36,508 bases of DNA, taken from an uncultured Campylobacter sp. GTDB lineage: Bacteria > Campylobacterota > Campylobacteria > Campylobacterales > Campylobacteraceae. Location of the stretch: contig NZ_CALHHT010000503.1 in NCBI RefSeq assembly GCF_938031315.1, positions 1 through 36,508 of the forward strand. The letters run 5' to 3'. The position numbers and the translations under genes were made by a program. Below, in pieces: positions 9,815-18,037 of this stretch. The notes under the pieces are model-generated. The model was not told the DNA's origin, ran no database searches, and saw only the letters and a list, made by a program, of their open reading frames with translations. Position 1 is the first letter of the stretch, and each line of letters opens with the position of its first letter.

Positions 9815-10076
9815 TTTCGCTCCTTGAATTTCTTTAAATTTTAACGCGTTGTGTGGTTAAATTTTACTTTTACCGTGCCAAAAATTTCGTCTAGTTTGCA
9901 AGTCGAGCCCGAAAATTGCGCGCTTGAGCTCGCATCGCAAGTAAAATCCATAGCTCACGCGTTAAATTTCAAAGCCACGTTCGGCGCGAAATGTATATCA
10001 AATCAGCTTAAATTTTATAAGACTATACGCAGTCTAGAAGCTGCCGTTTCATCGCGATGCGCTAAAAGCGTAAAAA

Positions 10077-10276
10077 TTAGCATCTGCCCACGTAGTCAAA
10101 TCGCACAGCCCCCAAGCTAAACTCGAAGTTGTTTCGATCCACCGCGCCTACGCACGCGTCGCTATCGTAAAGCGCGAGCAGGAATTCCGCCATCTCCTCG
10201 CTCGAGTGATAGCGCTTAAAAGCCGCGTCGTAGTCGTAGCCCGCGTCATCCGTCGCCACGGGGCCAAAAATTCCGT
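10077..10276 (-). pseudogene. C-terminal remnant of an SDR-family oxidoreductase
   Basis: TEF(frameshift in T5)GPVATDDAGYDYDAAFKRYHSSEEMAEFLLALYDSDACVGAVD resembles, from recall, the C-terminus of an SDR subfamily (…TETEF….FHTAKQMAQFMLDLYDSDKVVGIVD). No N-terminal Rossmann part lies upstream, where pepT ends at 10358. Confidence 0.5.
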
Positions 10277-10357
10277 CCTGCAAGGGTAAAATTTCGCGGC
10301 GGAATGAACGAGCTAAATTTAAAATCAAATCTGTGCGCGGAGTAGAAAGCGGCCGAG

Positions 10358-11590
10358 CTAAGCTTGCGCCGCCGCCAGCGTTATGATCCGCTTAACCACT
10401 TCGCTTGCCGCTTTTAAAGAGCTTACGGGAATATACTCGTAGATCGAGTGGAAATTGTGCCCGCCGGTAAAGAGGTTCGGGCACGGCAGCCCCTTTGCGG
10501 AGATGACGGCGCCGTCGTAGCCGCCTCGCATAGGCTTGATCTTAGGCTCGATATTTAGGCTTTTAAAAGCCTGCTTCGCAAGGCGAATTGCTGGCGCGTC
10601 GTCGTTTTTCAAAAAGTTATAGACGTTTTTATAGCGGTCGTTTAGCGAAATTTCGATCCGATCGCCCCAGATCGCGCGAAGCCCGTCCGCAGTTTTTTGC
10701 AAAAATTCCATACGCTGCTCGTATCTTTTCTCGTCAAATTCCCTCACGTCGATCTTTAGGACGGTCTTTGCGCTGTTGCCGCTAAGCTCCTTGACCCAAA
10801 AATAGCCCTCCTTGCCCTCTGTGTATTCGGGCGCCTCGCCCGCGGGCAGCAGCGAGATAAACTTATGCGCCAAAAGCAAGGAATTTACGAGCTTGCCCTT
10901 GGCGTTCATCGGATGAGCGGACTGGCCCTTGAAGGTAACGACGCAATCGCCCGCGTTCCAATTCTCGTAGATAAACTCGCCGATGCCGCAGCAATCAAGG
11001 CAGTAGCCAAAATCCGCGCCTACCTCGCTTACATCCAGCGCCTTTGCGCCGCGCAAGCCCTGCTCCTCGTCCGGCACGAAGCAAGCGATTATCTCGCCGT
11101 GCTTGATCTGCGGATTTTGGACGAAAAATTCCAGCGCATTTACGATCGCAGCGATCGCCGCTTTATCGTCGGCGCCTAGCAAGCTAGTACCGTCCGTTAC
11201 GATGATTTCATCTCCTTTATAATCTTGCAGCTCCTCATTTTCGCTCTCTTTAAGATAGATCCCAAGCTCTTTATTTAGGCAGATATCGCCGCCTTCGTAT
11301 CTTACGATCTGCGCTTTGGTGTCGCTGCTCTGCTCGGCGCTGGTATCGAGGTGAGCAAAAAACGCTATGCTCGCAGCGGGCGCGTCTAAATTTGATGGAA
11401 TTTTAGCGATCAAAATCGACTTCTCGCTAAGGCTGATATTTTCGATGCCCAGGGCTTCTAGCTCGCCTTTTATGAGGCCTGCGAGCTCAAGCTCCTTGGG
11501 GTTTGAGGGCATTATGCCCGCAGCACCCGCGGCTCTATTTGTGGTGGTGTTGATCTTGGTATAGTTTAAAAACCTCTGCACGATATCCAC
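10358..11590 (-). CDS. pepT: Peptidase T (tripeptide aminopeptidase, M20B)
   Basis: RFLNYTKINT, AHLDTS, TDGTSLLGADDKA, PDEEQG, RGGYDG and GGHNFHS motifs. The true start is probably GTG at 11590 (MDIVQRF), with AAGG upstream, not the ORF-track start inside dcuC. Confidence 0.95.
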   Translation of the reverse strand: MDIVQRFLNYTKINTTTNRAAGAAGIMPSNPKELELAGLIKGELEALGIENISLSEKSILIAKIPSNLDAPAASIAFFAHLDTSAEQSSDTKAQIVRYEGGDICLNKELGIYLKESENEELQDYKGDEIIVTDGTSLLGADDKAAIAAIVNALEFFVQNPQIKHGEIIACFVPDEEQGLRGAKALDVSEVGADFGYCLDCCGIGEFIYENWNAGDCVVTFKGQSAHPMNAKGKLVNSLLLAHKFISLLPAGEAPEYTEGKEGYFWVKELSGNSAKTVLKIDVREFDEKRYEQRMEFLQKTADGLRAIWGDRIEISLNDRYKNVYNFLKNDDAPAIRLAKQAFKSLNIEPKIKPMRGGYDGAVISAKGLPCPNLFTGGHNFHSIYEYIPVSSLKAASEVVKRIITLAAAQA

Positions 11591-11601
11591 AAATAAGCCT
11601 T

Positions 11602-12945
11602 TTATAAAATGACAAATGCGATGACGCAGACGGATAGAAACATCCCTAGAGCCGTTCTTTTGGCGATCTGAATAGGGTTTACCATCGCAAGTCCCGCGCA
11701 AACGATACAAGCGCCCGCGATCGGCGATGCGCTCCTGCCTAGCGCGCCGCTTATCGCAACCGCCATACCGAGCCTATCTTGTTCAAAGCCTAACACATCG
11801 GCGTGCACGGTCACGGCGGTGTTAAACGCCATCGCCGCCGCATCTCCCGAGCCCGTTACGACGCCCATAAAAAACGGCACGAAGGTTCCGCCGAATTTTA
11901 CGTAGCCCTGCTCGCCCTTCAGCCACTCGATTACGAAATCGATCGCTCCGCACGCACTAAGTCCCGCGACGAAGACGCCTGCTGCGATGATGATACCTAT
12001 GATCTCGGCATATGCGCTACCCATTCCTTTGAAAAATTCCTTCGTAATTTTTTGAGGATCGGTTAGAGTAACGGCGATGGTGAGGATAGCGCCCAGTAGC
12101 ATCGCTTCGGCGACGCCCATCTTCGTCCATTTTAGGAAAGAGACCTGATTTAGGCTCGTGCCGCCGATTACCAAGATCACTAGAGGCACTAACGGCATAA
12201 GCGCGTATAAGACGTTTATCTTTTGAGGCTGCGCGTCTAAATTTGAACCGTCGGCGGAATTTGACGCGGCGGAATTTGCGCCGCCCTCTCTTTGCGCTAG
12301 ATAATTCACCCCCTTGGTGTAGTCTTTGCAAACTATCGCCGTTATACTCATTACGATCAAAACCACGATCAAAGCGGTAATCGCGCTGGAAAACTGCACG
12401 GCGATGACGTCTTGAACCGTGTAAGATGAGTTGTGCGCCTTTACCATATCGGCTACAAATACGTTGTGCGCCGAGCCCGGGCTTAAAACGCTACCGAAAG
12501 TTCCCGCAAACACCGCCGCACCCGCCATCTCCGGTTTAACGCCCGCTGCCATCATCACGGGGATCAGCGTAGCGCCGACCGCAGCCGAGCAGCCCGCAGC
12601 GGAGGGGATAGCGATATTGATAAAATATGTAAGCGCTACGACGATAGGGATCAATAAAAATCCGATATTGCCAAGAGGCCTGGTTAGTAAATTTACGAGC
12701 GCGCGGTCGCAGCCGGTAAATTTCATCACGAAGGCAAAACCCATACTGGCGCAGATCGCCTTAATAAGACCTGCTTTAGTCATATACGAGGTAAAGGCGC
12801 CCAGCCCGTCCAGCGGCTTTAGACAAAGCACGCACAGCACCAAACCCACGCCGATAAGCACGGTTTTGGTATCCTTTTTCATGATCAGTAAAGCGACGAC
12901 TGCGACGATGCCCGCAAGCGCCAAAAATAGCCTAAACGTCTGCAC
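11602..12945 (-). CDS. dcuC: DcuC/DcuD-family (anaerobic C4-dicarboxylate) transporter
   Basis: Polytopic membrane protein with MGFAFVM, AIPSAAG, LSPG, GSGDAA and GRSASPIAG motifs; GTG start with AAGGAG RBS. Confidence 0.85.
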   Translation of the reverse strand: MQTFRLFLALAGIVAVVALLIMKKDTKTVLIGVGLVLCVLCLKPLDGLGAFTSYMTKAGLIKAICASMGFAFVMKFTGCDRALVNLLTRPLGNIGFLLIPIVVALTYFINIAIPSAAGCSAAVGATLIPVMMAAGVKPEMAGAAVFAGTFGSVLSPGSAHNVFVADMVKAHNSSYTVQDVIAVQFSSAITALIVVLIVMSITAIVCKDYTKGVNYLAQREGGANSAASNSADGSNLDAQPQKINVLYALMPLVPLVILVIGGTSLNQVSFLKWTKMGVAEAMLLGAILTIAVTLTDPQKITKEFFKGMGSAYAEIIGIIIAAGVFVAGLSACGAIDFVIEWLKGEQGYVKFGGTFVPFFMGVVTGSGDAAAMAFNTAVTVHADVLGFEQDRLGMAVAISGALGRSASPIAGACIVCAGLAMVNPIQIAKRTALGMFLSVCVIAFVIL

Positions 12946-12956
12946 GATAACTCCTT

Positions 12957-13655
12957 TTAAATTTTAAATTTACTTCCCACGGCGATGCGCGAGATCTCTT
13001 TTTTATACTCGAATTTCAGCACGTCCGCATGCCCCATCACTTCGCACTCGTTTCCGTTTATCAAAAATGCGCTGCCCTCGGGCATAGCATAGACGCTGTC
13101 GTTTTGATTGACGATCAAAAACTCCTCCAGCCGCTCCTCCCTGCTCTCGCCGTTGTGGTTTGAAATTTTACCGCTTATAAAGTGCGGATTGATCTGATAC
13201 GGAAAGATCCCCAGAGCTACCGGCGAGGGCGGGAAGACGATCGGCATGTCGTTGGTAGTCATCATCGTCTTGCCCGCGACGTTTGCGCCCGCAGACCAGC
13301 CGAAATACGGCGTACCGTTATTCACAGCATCTTTGATCGCGCCTAAGAGATCAAATTTATAAAGCTCGTTTAGCAGCACGAAGGTATTGCCGCCGCCGAT
13401 GCAGATCGATTTGGCATTTTTAACGGCGGCTTTCATATCGGCAAAGCGATGGATCGATCTGATATTATTACTCTCCAGGCAATCCGCGACCTTCTGCTCG
13501 TATTGCTCGTTCGTGCGCCTAACGCCCGCAAACGGAATAAATAAAATTTCATCCTCCCATAACCTGCCTAAAAATTCCTTGATCCACCCCTTGCAGTGGT
13601 TCAGATAGCCGCTGTCTTTGTAACTGGAAGCGCTTAGAAGCAGTGCTCTTTTCAT
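12957..13655 (-). CDS. pepE: Dipeptidase E (alpha-aspartyl dipeptidase, S51)
   Basis: LFIPFAG, IGGGNTF, GWSAGAN, TTNDMPIV, QINPHF and HNGESREERLEEF motifs. Confidence 0.95.
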   Translation of the reverse strand: MKRALLLSASSYKDSGYLNHCKGWIKEFLGRLWEDEILFIPFAGVRRTNEQYEQKVADCLESNNIRSIHRFADMKAAVKNAKSICIGGGNTFVLLNELYKFDLLGAIKDAVNNGTPYFGWSAGANVAGKTMMTTNDMPIVFPPSPVALGIFPYQINPHFISGKISNHNGESREERLEEFLIVNQNDSVYAMPEGSAFLINGNECEVMGHADVLKFEYKKEISRIAVGSKFKI

Positions 13656-13665
13656 GCCGCTTTCC

Positions 13666-14982
13666 TTAAATTTTGCCGTTTAGCTTATACGCGCAGCGCA
13701 GATACACGTCCACTCCAGCAAGCAGCGAGTCCTCGTCGAAGTCGAATTTGGCGTTGTGATGCCCTGCCGCAAGCGTCGTGCCGATCATCAGATATCCGCT
13801 GTTGCCTCCCGCGTCCTGCACCGAGCGCATAAAATGCGCAAAATCCTCGCATGCGCCGAAGCTTAGCTCCCTTACGATTTTATCATCGTCAATAAACGGC
13901 GATGCCTTCGCCGCATCCTCGTAAAGCTGCGTGGTGGCCTCGTCGCTATCGCCGCCTGCGGTGCCGCCCGTAACCTGCACGTCGTAGCTAACGCCGTAAA
14001 TTTTAGAAACGCCCTCCACTATGTCCATGCATTTGGCCTTCATAAACTCATTCAGCTCCGTGCTCTCGCCGCGCGTCTCGCACGCAAGATAGCCGTTGGG
14101 CGCGATGACGTTGCGTCCTTCGCCCGCGCGCAACACGCCGACGTTGATACGCGTGACGCCGTCTGCGTGCCTCGTGATGCCGTGCATATCAAGCGCCATC
14201 TCGGCTGCGGCGAGCAGAGCATTGGCTCCGTTTTGCGGCGCGCCCGCGGCGTGAGCGGACTTGCCTTGTAAGCTTACGTCAAATTTAGTGGTCGCGAGTA
14301 GCTTTTTAGTGCCGCAGATGATGCCTCTCATAGTGCTCGCCTGAAAGCCGATATGACCGCCCAGCAAGTAATCCACGCCCTTGGTGACGCCCGCAGCTTC
14401 CATGCCTACGGCGCCTCTGGTGCCCTCCTCGGCGGTTTGGAAGATAAATCTAAATTTACCGCTAAAATCGTCTAGGCTATGCGCGATCAGCTTTGCCAGA
14501 GCAAGCCCCATCGTGATATGCCCGTCGTGCCCGCACGCGTGCGTGATGCCGCTAATGTCGGAGCGAAAGCCCTCCTTAAAAGGGCGGTGATCCGCGTCCG
14601 TGCTCTCGGTCACGTCTACGCCGTCTATGTCAAATCTAAAAGCGACCGTCTTGCCCGCGCGCCCCGTGTCTATTTCGGCAACTAAACCCGTTAGCCCATC
14701 CTCCATCGCATCAAGAAATTTTATCTGATCCGCGTTTAGCAGCCCTTCGGCGCGCTGCTTTGCCTTCTCGCAGGCATCCTTGCTGCCTACGCCCTGCCTC
14801 GCTTCAGCTTTCACCACTTCGCGACCGAGCTTTATCTCATAGCCCAAGCGCTGCATACGATCTGCGATAACGGCGGTCGTAAAAAAGGTAAACCAACCCG
14901 TCTCAGGATGCGAGTGAAAAAACCTGCGATCCCCGATCATCTCGCCTTTGAGCGCCTCTACTTTTTGTGCGATAGCATCCAT
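13666..14982 (-). CDS. M20D amidohydrolase (AbgA-like)
   Basis: RRFFHSHPE, FRFDIDG, HACGHDGH, FQTAEEG, AHAA, CEDF and HHNAKFDFDE motifs. Confidence 0.88.
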   Translation of the reverse strand: MDAIAQKVEALKGEMIGDRRFFHSHPETGWFTFFTTAVIADRMQRLGYEIKLGREVVKAEARQGVGSKDACEKAKQRAEGLLNADQIKFLDAMEDGLTGLVAEIDTGRAGKTVAFRFDIDGVDVTESTDADHRPFKEGFRSDISGITHACGHDGHITMGLALAKLIAHSLDDFSGKFRFIFQTAEEGTRGAVGMEAAGVTKGVDYLLGGHIGFQASTMRGIICGTKKLLATTKFDVSLQGKSAHAAGAPQNGANALLAAAEMALDMHGITRHADGVTRINVGVLRAGEGRNVIAPNGYLACETRGESTELNEFMKAKCMDIVEGVSKIYGVSYDVQVTGGTAGGDSDEATTQLYEDAAKASPFIDDDKIVRELSFGACEDFAHFMRSVQDAGGNSGYLMIGTTLAAGHHNAKFDFDEDSLLAGVDVYLRCAYKLNGKI

Positions 14983-14992
14983 TTCCTCTCCT

Positions 14993-16232
14993 TTATTTTT
15001 TAGCTAAGCTTAACATCGCCGCGGCTAAAACCTTCGTAGCGGCAAACGCGTCGTGCCAGTTTATGTTCTCATTTACGTTGTGGCTGATACCGTCCTTGCA
15101 CGGCACGAAAAGCATCCCCCACGCGATCCGCAAGCTCCGTCATATTCATCGCGTCGTGTCCCGCGCCGCTAGGAAGCCTTAGGCTTGGAATTTTAAGCTC
15201 ATCGGCGCAGCTCTCAAGCAGATCTATCATCTCCTCGCTTAGCTTTACGGGGCGATCCTTGATGAGATTTTTTAGTTCAAATCTGCACCCTCTGCGAGCG
15301 CAAATTTCATCTATCGCGGCGCAAATTTTATCGTCCGCCGCCCTGAGCGCATCCTCGTCTATATCGCGTATATCAAGCCCTAGCATGCAGGCGCCCGGGA
15401 TCACGTTTAGCACGCCGGGTAGCGCATTTGCATATCCCGTCGTCGCGACCGTGGTTTTGCCCTCCTTGGCGATCCTCTCCGCGCTTAAAACGATCTCGCT
15501 AGCGCAAGCTAGGGCGTCGCAGCGCATATCCATCGGCGTAGCGCCGCTGTGATCAGCTCTGCCCTCGATCCGCAGCTCGTATCGCACGGGCGCGGCGATA
15601 CCCGTGACGATGCCTACTGGGATACCGCGTCGCTGCAATACCGGCCCCTGCTCGATATGAAGCTCGATGTAGCTATGAAAACTGGATTTGGGCAGGACGC
15701 AGCTTTTTAAATTTGCGGGATTTAGCCCAAACTCCTGCATGGCGTCAAATAGCGAAATTCCGTCTTTATCCTTTAGCTCGCCCAGCCGCTGCCGCGATAG
15801 CTTGCCGCTAATTATCTTGCTGCCTACGGTCGCCATTTTAAAGCGGCTTGATTCCTCGCAAACAAAGACGATGAGCTCCAGCGGTCGCGCAAGCTTCTCG
15901 CCGCTATCTCGCACCGTGCGGATCGCCTCCAAAGCGGCCATGACGCGTAGCGTGCCGTCGTAAAAGCCGCCCTGCGGCACGCTATCGATATGTGAGCCAG
16001 CGCTGACGGACGGCAGATCTGGATTTTTAACGCCTCCAAATTTAGCGAAAATATTGCCCGTATCGTCGATTTTGATCTTGAAATTTTCTTTTTGAAGTAG
16101 CGATATGAGGAAGTTGCGCGCCTCTTTATCCTCGCGCGAAAATGCAAGCCGCGTAAGCCCGCCGCCCGCCAAAGCCCCGAAGCGGCTTATCTGTTCGAAC
16201 TCGCTTTTAAAGCGCTGCATGTTTATGTCCAT
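14993..16232 (-). pseudogene. Zn-dependent M20 hydrolase (allantoate amidohydrolase / N-carbamoyl-L-amino-acid hydrolase family), +1 frameshift
   Basis: GSHIDSVP.GG.YDG, EESSRF, ELHIEQGP, DHSGATPM and SGAGHDA motifs. An extra G in GTGGGGGATG (15116-15120) displaces the conserved end MLFVPCKDGISHNVNE…LAKK*, which stops at 14993-14995 next to the following gene's RBS. Confidence 0.85.
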
Positions 16233-16429
16233 AAATCCCCTTTTCTTAAAAAAATTTATGAATACGGCATTTTAATATTAAATTTATATAACAAAGCTGA
16301 AATTTACCTATCGCGGCGGCAAATAGGGCGCTAAAACGGCGCGAGCAAAACCGCTTTAAGATAACGCTATAAATTTTGCCTTTTGGGTTTTAAAATCGCG
16401 ATGAGCCGCTTAGCTTCAGATTAAACGGA

Positions 16430-16435
16430 TATAAT
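16430..16435 (+). promoter_or_regulatory. -10 box (TATAAT) for the 16463 gene
   Basis: TATAAT 27 nt upstream of the ATG; GAGGAG RBS. Confidence 0.5.
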
Positions 16436-16462
16436 TATCGCAAAATTTAACGAGGAGCGCAG

Positions 16463-17464
16463 ATGAAGCAGGTCTCGCTAGAGGGGCTTTATGAAAAGCT
16501 AAGGCAATTTGATAGGCTGGCGGATAAAGAGGAGTATCTGTTTGATGCGATAAATGGCGCCATCGAGGCGGAAAATTTTGACTTTGCCGCGCAAATTTGC
16601 GACTTTGTGCTAAACGAGGAATTTGAAAAATTCGGCGCGGTTTTAAGAACGAGGGCGCTAATGTGGCTCACGGGCTACATCGCGCAAAATTTAAAAGAAA
16701 GCGAATACCCAAATTTCGGCGACTTTACGGATTGCCTATGGAAATTTAAATGGATAGTCTCGGGCATCGCCAAAAGCTCCGTGATAGAAAAAGAGCTCAT
16801 AGACGAGGCAAACGAAGCGATGCTGTTTTACTACGAGCGCTTGGAGCTCTCGCTGGCCTCATACTACAAGGCCTTAATGAATCAAAACATCGACATAGGC
16901 GACGCTAGAGAGGCGAAGGCAAACTACGAGCTGTGGAAAAAGCTCGCCAAAGACGATATGGCTGACTGCGAGGCATGCGAAGCAAGCGATGAGATCGCGT
17001 ATCTGTGCTTTGCCGGCGAGCATGAAGCCGCGCTGGAGCTTGCCGCACCGATACTCTCAGGCGAGCTAACCTGCGGCGAAGTGCCTCACACGACCTACGC
17101 GCCGATACTTTTTAGCATGATTAAAACAGGCAAGATAGAGGAGGCGAAAACCCTGCTACCCAAGGCCGCGGCGACGATCGAGTCAAATCCTCGCGTCATA
17201 AATCAGATCGCGCCGCTAATCGAGATCGCCGTTAGGCTGGATGAGCGCGAGACGGCGCTAAGCTTAGCTCGCAAACACTCGCACGCCATACTCGATAGCA
17301 ACGACGATCTGAACGACCTGCGATTTTTCATCGCAGTTAGCGCGTTCGGCGATGAGAACGACTATAAGACGGCTTTGGAGCTGGCGGGCAAATTTGACGC
17401 CAGAAATCAAAACTTCTACTACGCCGATTATCTAAATAAATTTTACGAGGAATTCGGAATTTGA
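16463..17464 (+). CDS. Hypothetical alpha-helical (TPR-like) protein with DCEACE and CGEVP motifs
   Basis: 333 aa, good RBS, helical-repeat character; LWKFKWI, DDMADCEACE and TCGEVPHTTY motifs. Confidence 0.8.
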   Translation: MKQVSLEGLYEKLRQFDRLADKEEYLFDAINGAIEAENFDFAAQICDFVLNEEFEKFGAVLRTRALMWLTGYIAQNLKESEYPNFGDFTDCLWKFKWIVSGIAKSSVIEKELIDEANEAMLFYYERLELSLASYYKALMNQNIDIGDAREAKANYELWKKLAKDDMADCEACEASDEIAYLCFAGEHEAALELAAPILSGELTCGEVPHTTYAPILFSMIKTGKIEEAKTLLPKAAATIESNPRVINQIAPLIEIAVRLDERETALSLARKHSHAILDSNDDLNDLRFFIAVSAFGDENDYKTALELAGKFDARNQNFYYADYLNKFYEEFGI

Positions 17465-17910
17465 AATTTGACAGTTTAAAGACCTAGTGCGCTTTGCCCG
17501 CGAAGCAGGGCACTATTCTCAAGCGCGTGCGGCGAGATAGTTTAAAGTTTACAGCTCGATACTACTCACGCTCGAAACGGCAAGCGCGGTCAAGTTTACA
17601 CCGAATGGGCGCAGGCGGCGCGCGGTAAATTTTAGCCGCTTACTCGCGCGCGCTCATGCGCGCGGTAATAGCCGGTCGCGAAATAGATAATTAAAGCGCG
17701 TACGCGACTTAAAATTTTAACTAGATCGGTGCGGATCAAAGCGAATATTTGCAGTGGCAAGACATATATTCTAAATTTCAACCGCCGCAAAACGTAAATT
17801 TAAACCGAGCCCAGCATTTATCTCGCCGTAAAACACGCGCGACGATGTATCTCGCGCATCTTCACCTAGATTTGACGGCAAATTTGATAGCAAAATTAAA
17901 GCGTGGCACG

Positions 17911-18037
17911 ACGGAATTTTAAAGCAAAATTTCAAGTAGATTTTTAAATGTAAAATTTAAAGCGGAATTTCAAATGCAGAATTTTAAATAAAGCTTCAAA
18001 ATTCCAAGAGAATTTTATCCCTTGGAATTTTAAATTT
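17911..18037. repeat. Degenerate ~13-bp RAATTY-cored tandem repeat ending in a terminator-like hairpin
   Basis: Units such as CGGAATTTTAAAG, CAAAATTTCAAGT, TAAAATTTAAAG, CGGAATTTCAAATG and CAGAATTTTAAATA. Inverted repeat AAAATTCCAAG…CTTGGAATTTT (~17998-18031) just past the accC stop. Confidence 0.6.

Noticed and set aside
9851..10120. 89-aa plus-strand ORF
   Set aside because: No RBS or recognisable motif; it lies in RAATTY-rich spacer DNA upstream of the oxidoreductase.
11591..11710. N-terminal extension of PepT in the ORF track
   Set aside because: It overlaps the dcuC 3' end; PepT homology and an RBS point to GTG at 11590.
15116..15120. Phase variation at the G-run causing the hydrolase frameshift
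   Set aside because: G5 is much shorter than typical Campylobacter contingency tracts (about 8 or more G).
17465..18035. CRISPR array, MITE or sRNA in the 570-nt intergenic gap
   Set aside because: No identical repeats with unique spacers, and no terminal inverted repeats with target duplication. Only weak hairpins and degenerate RAATTY units are visible; an sRNA cannot be excluded but is unsupported.
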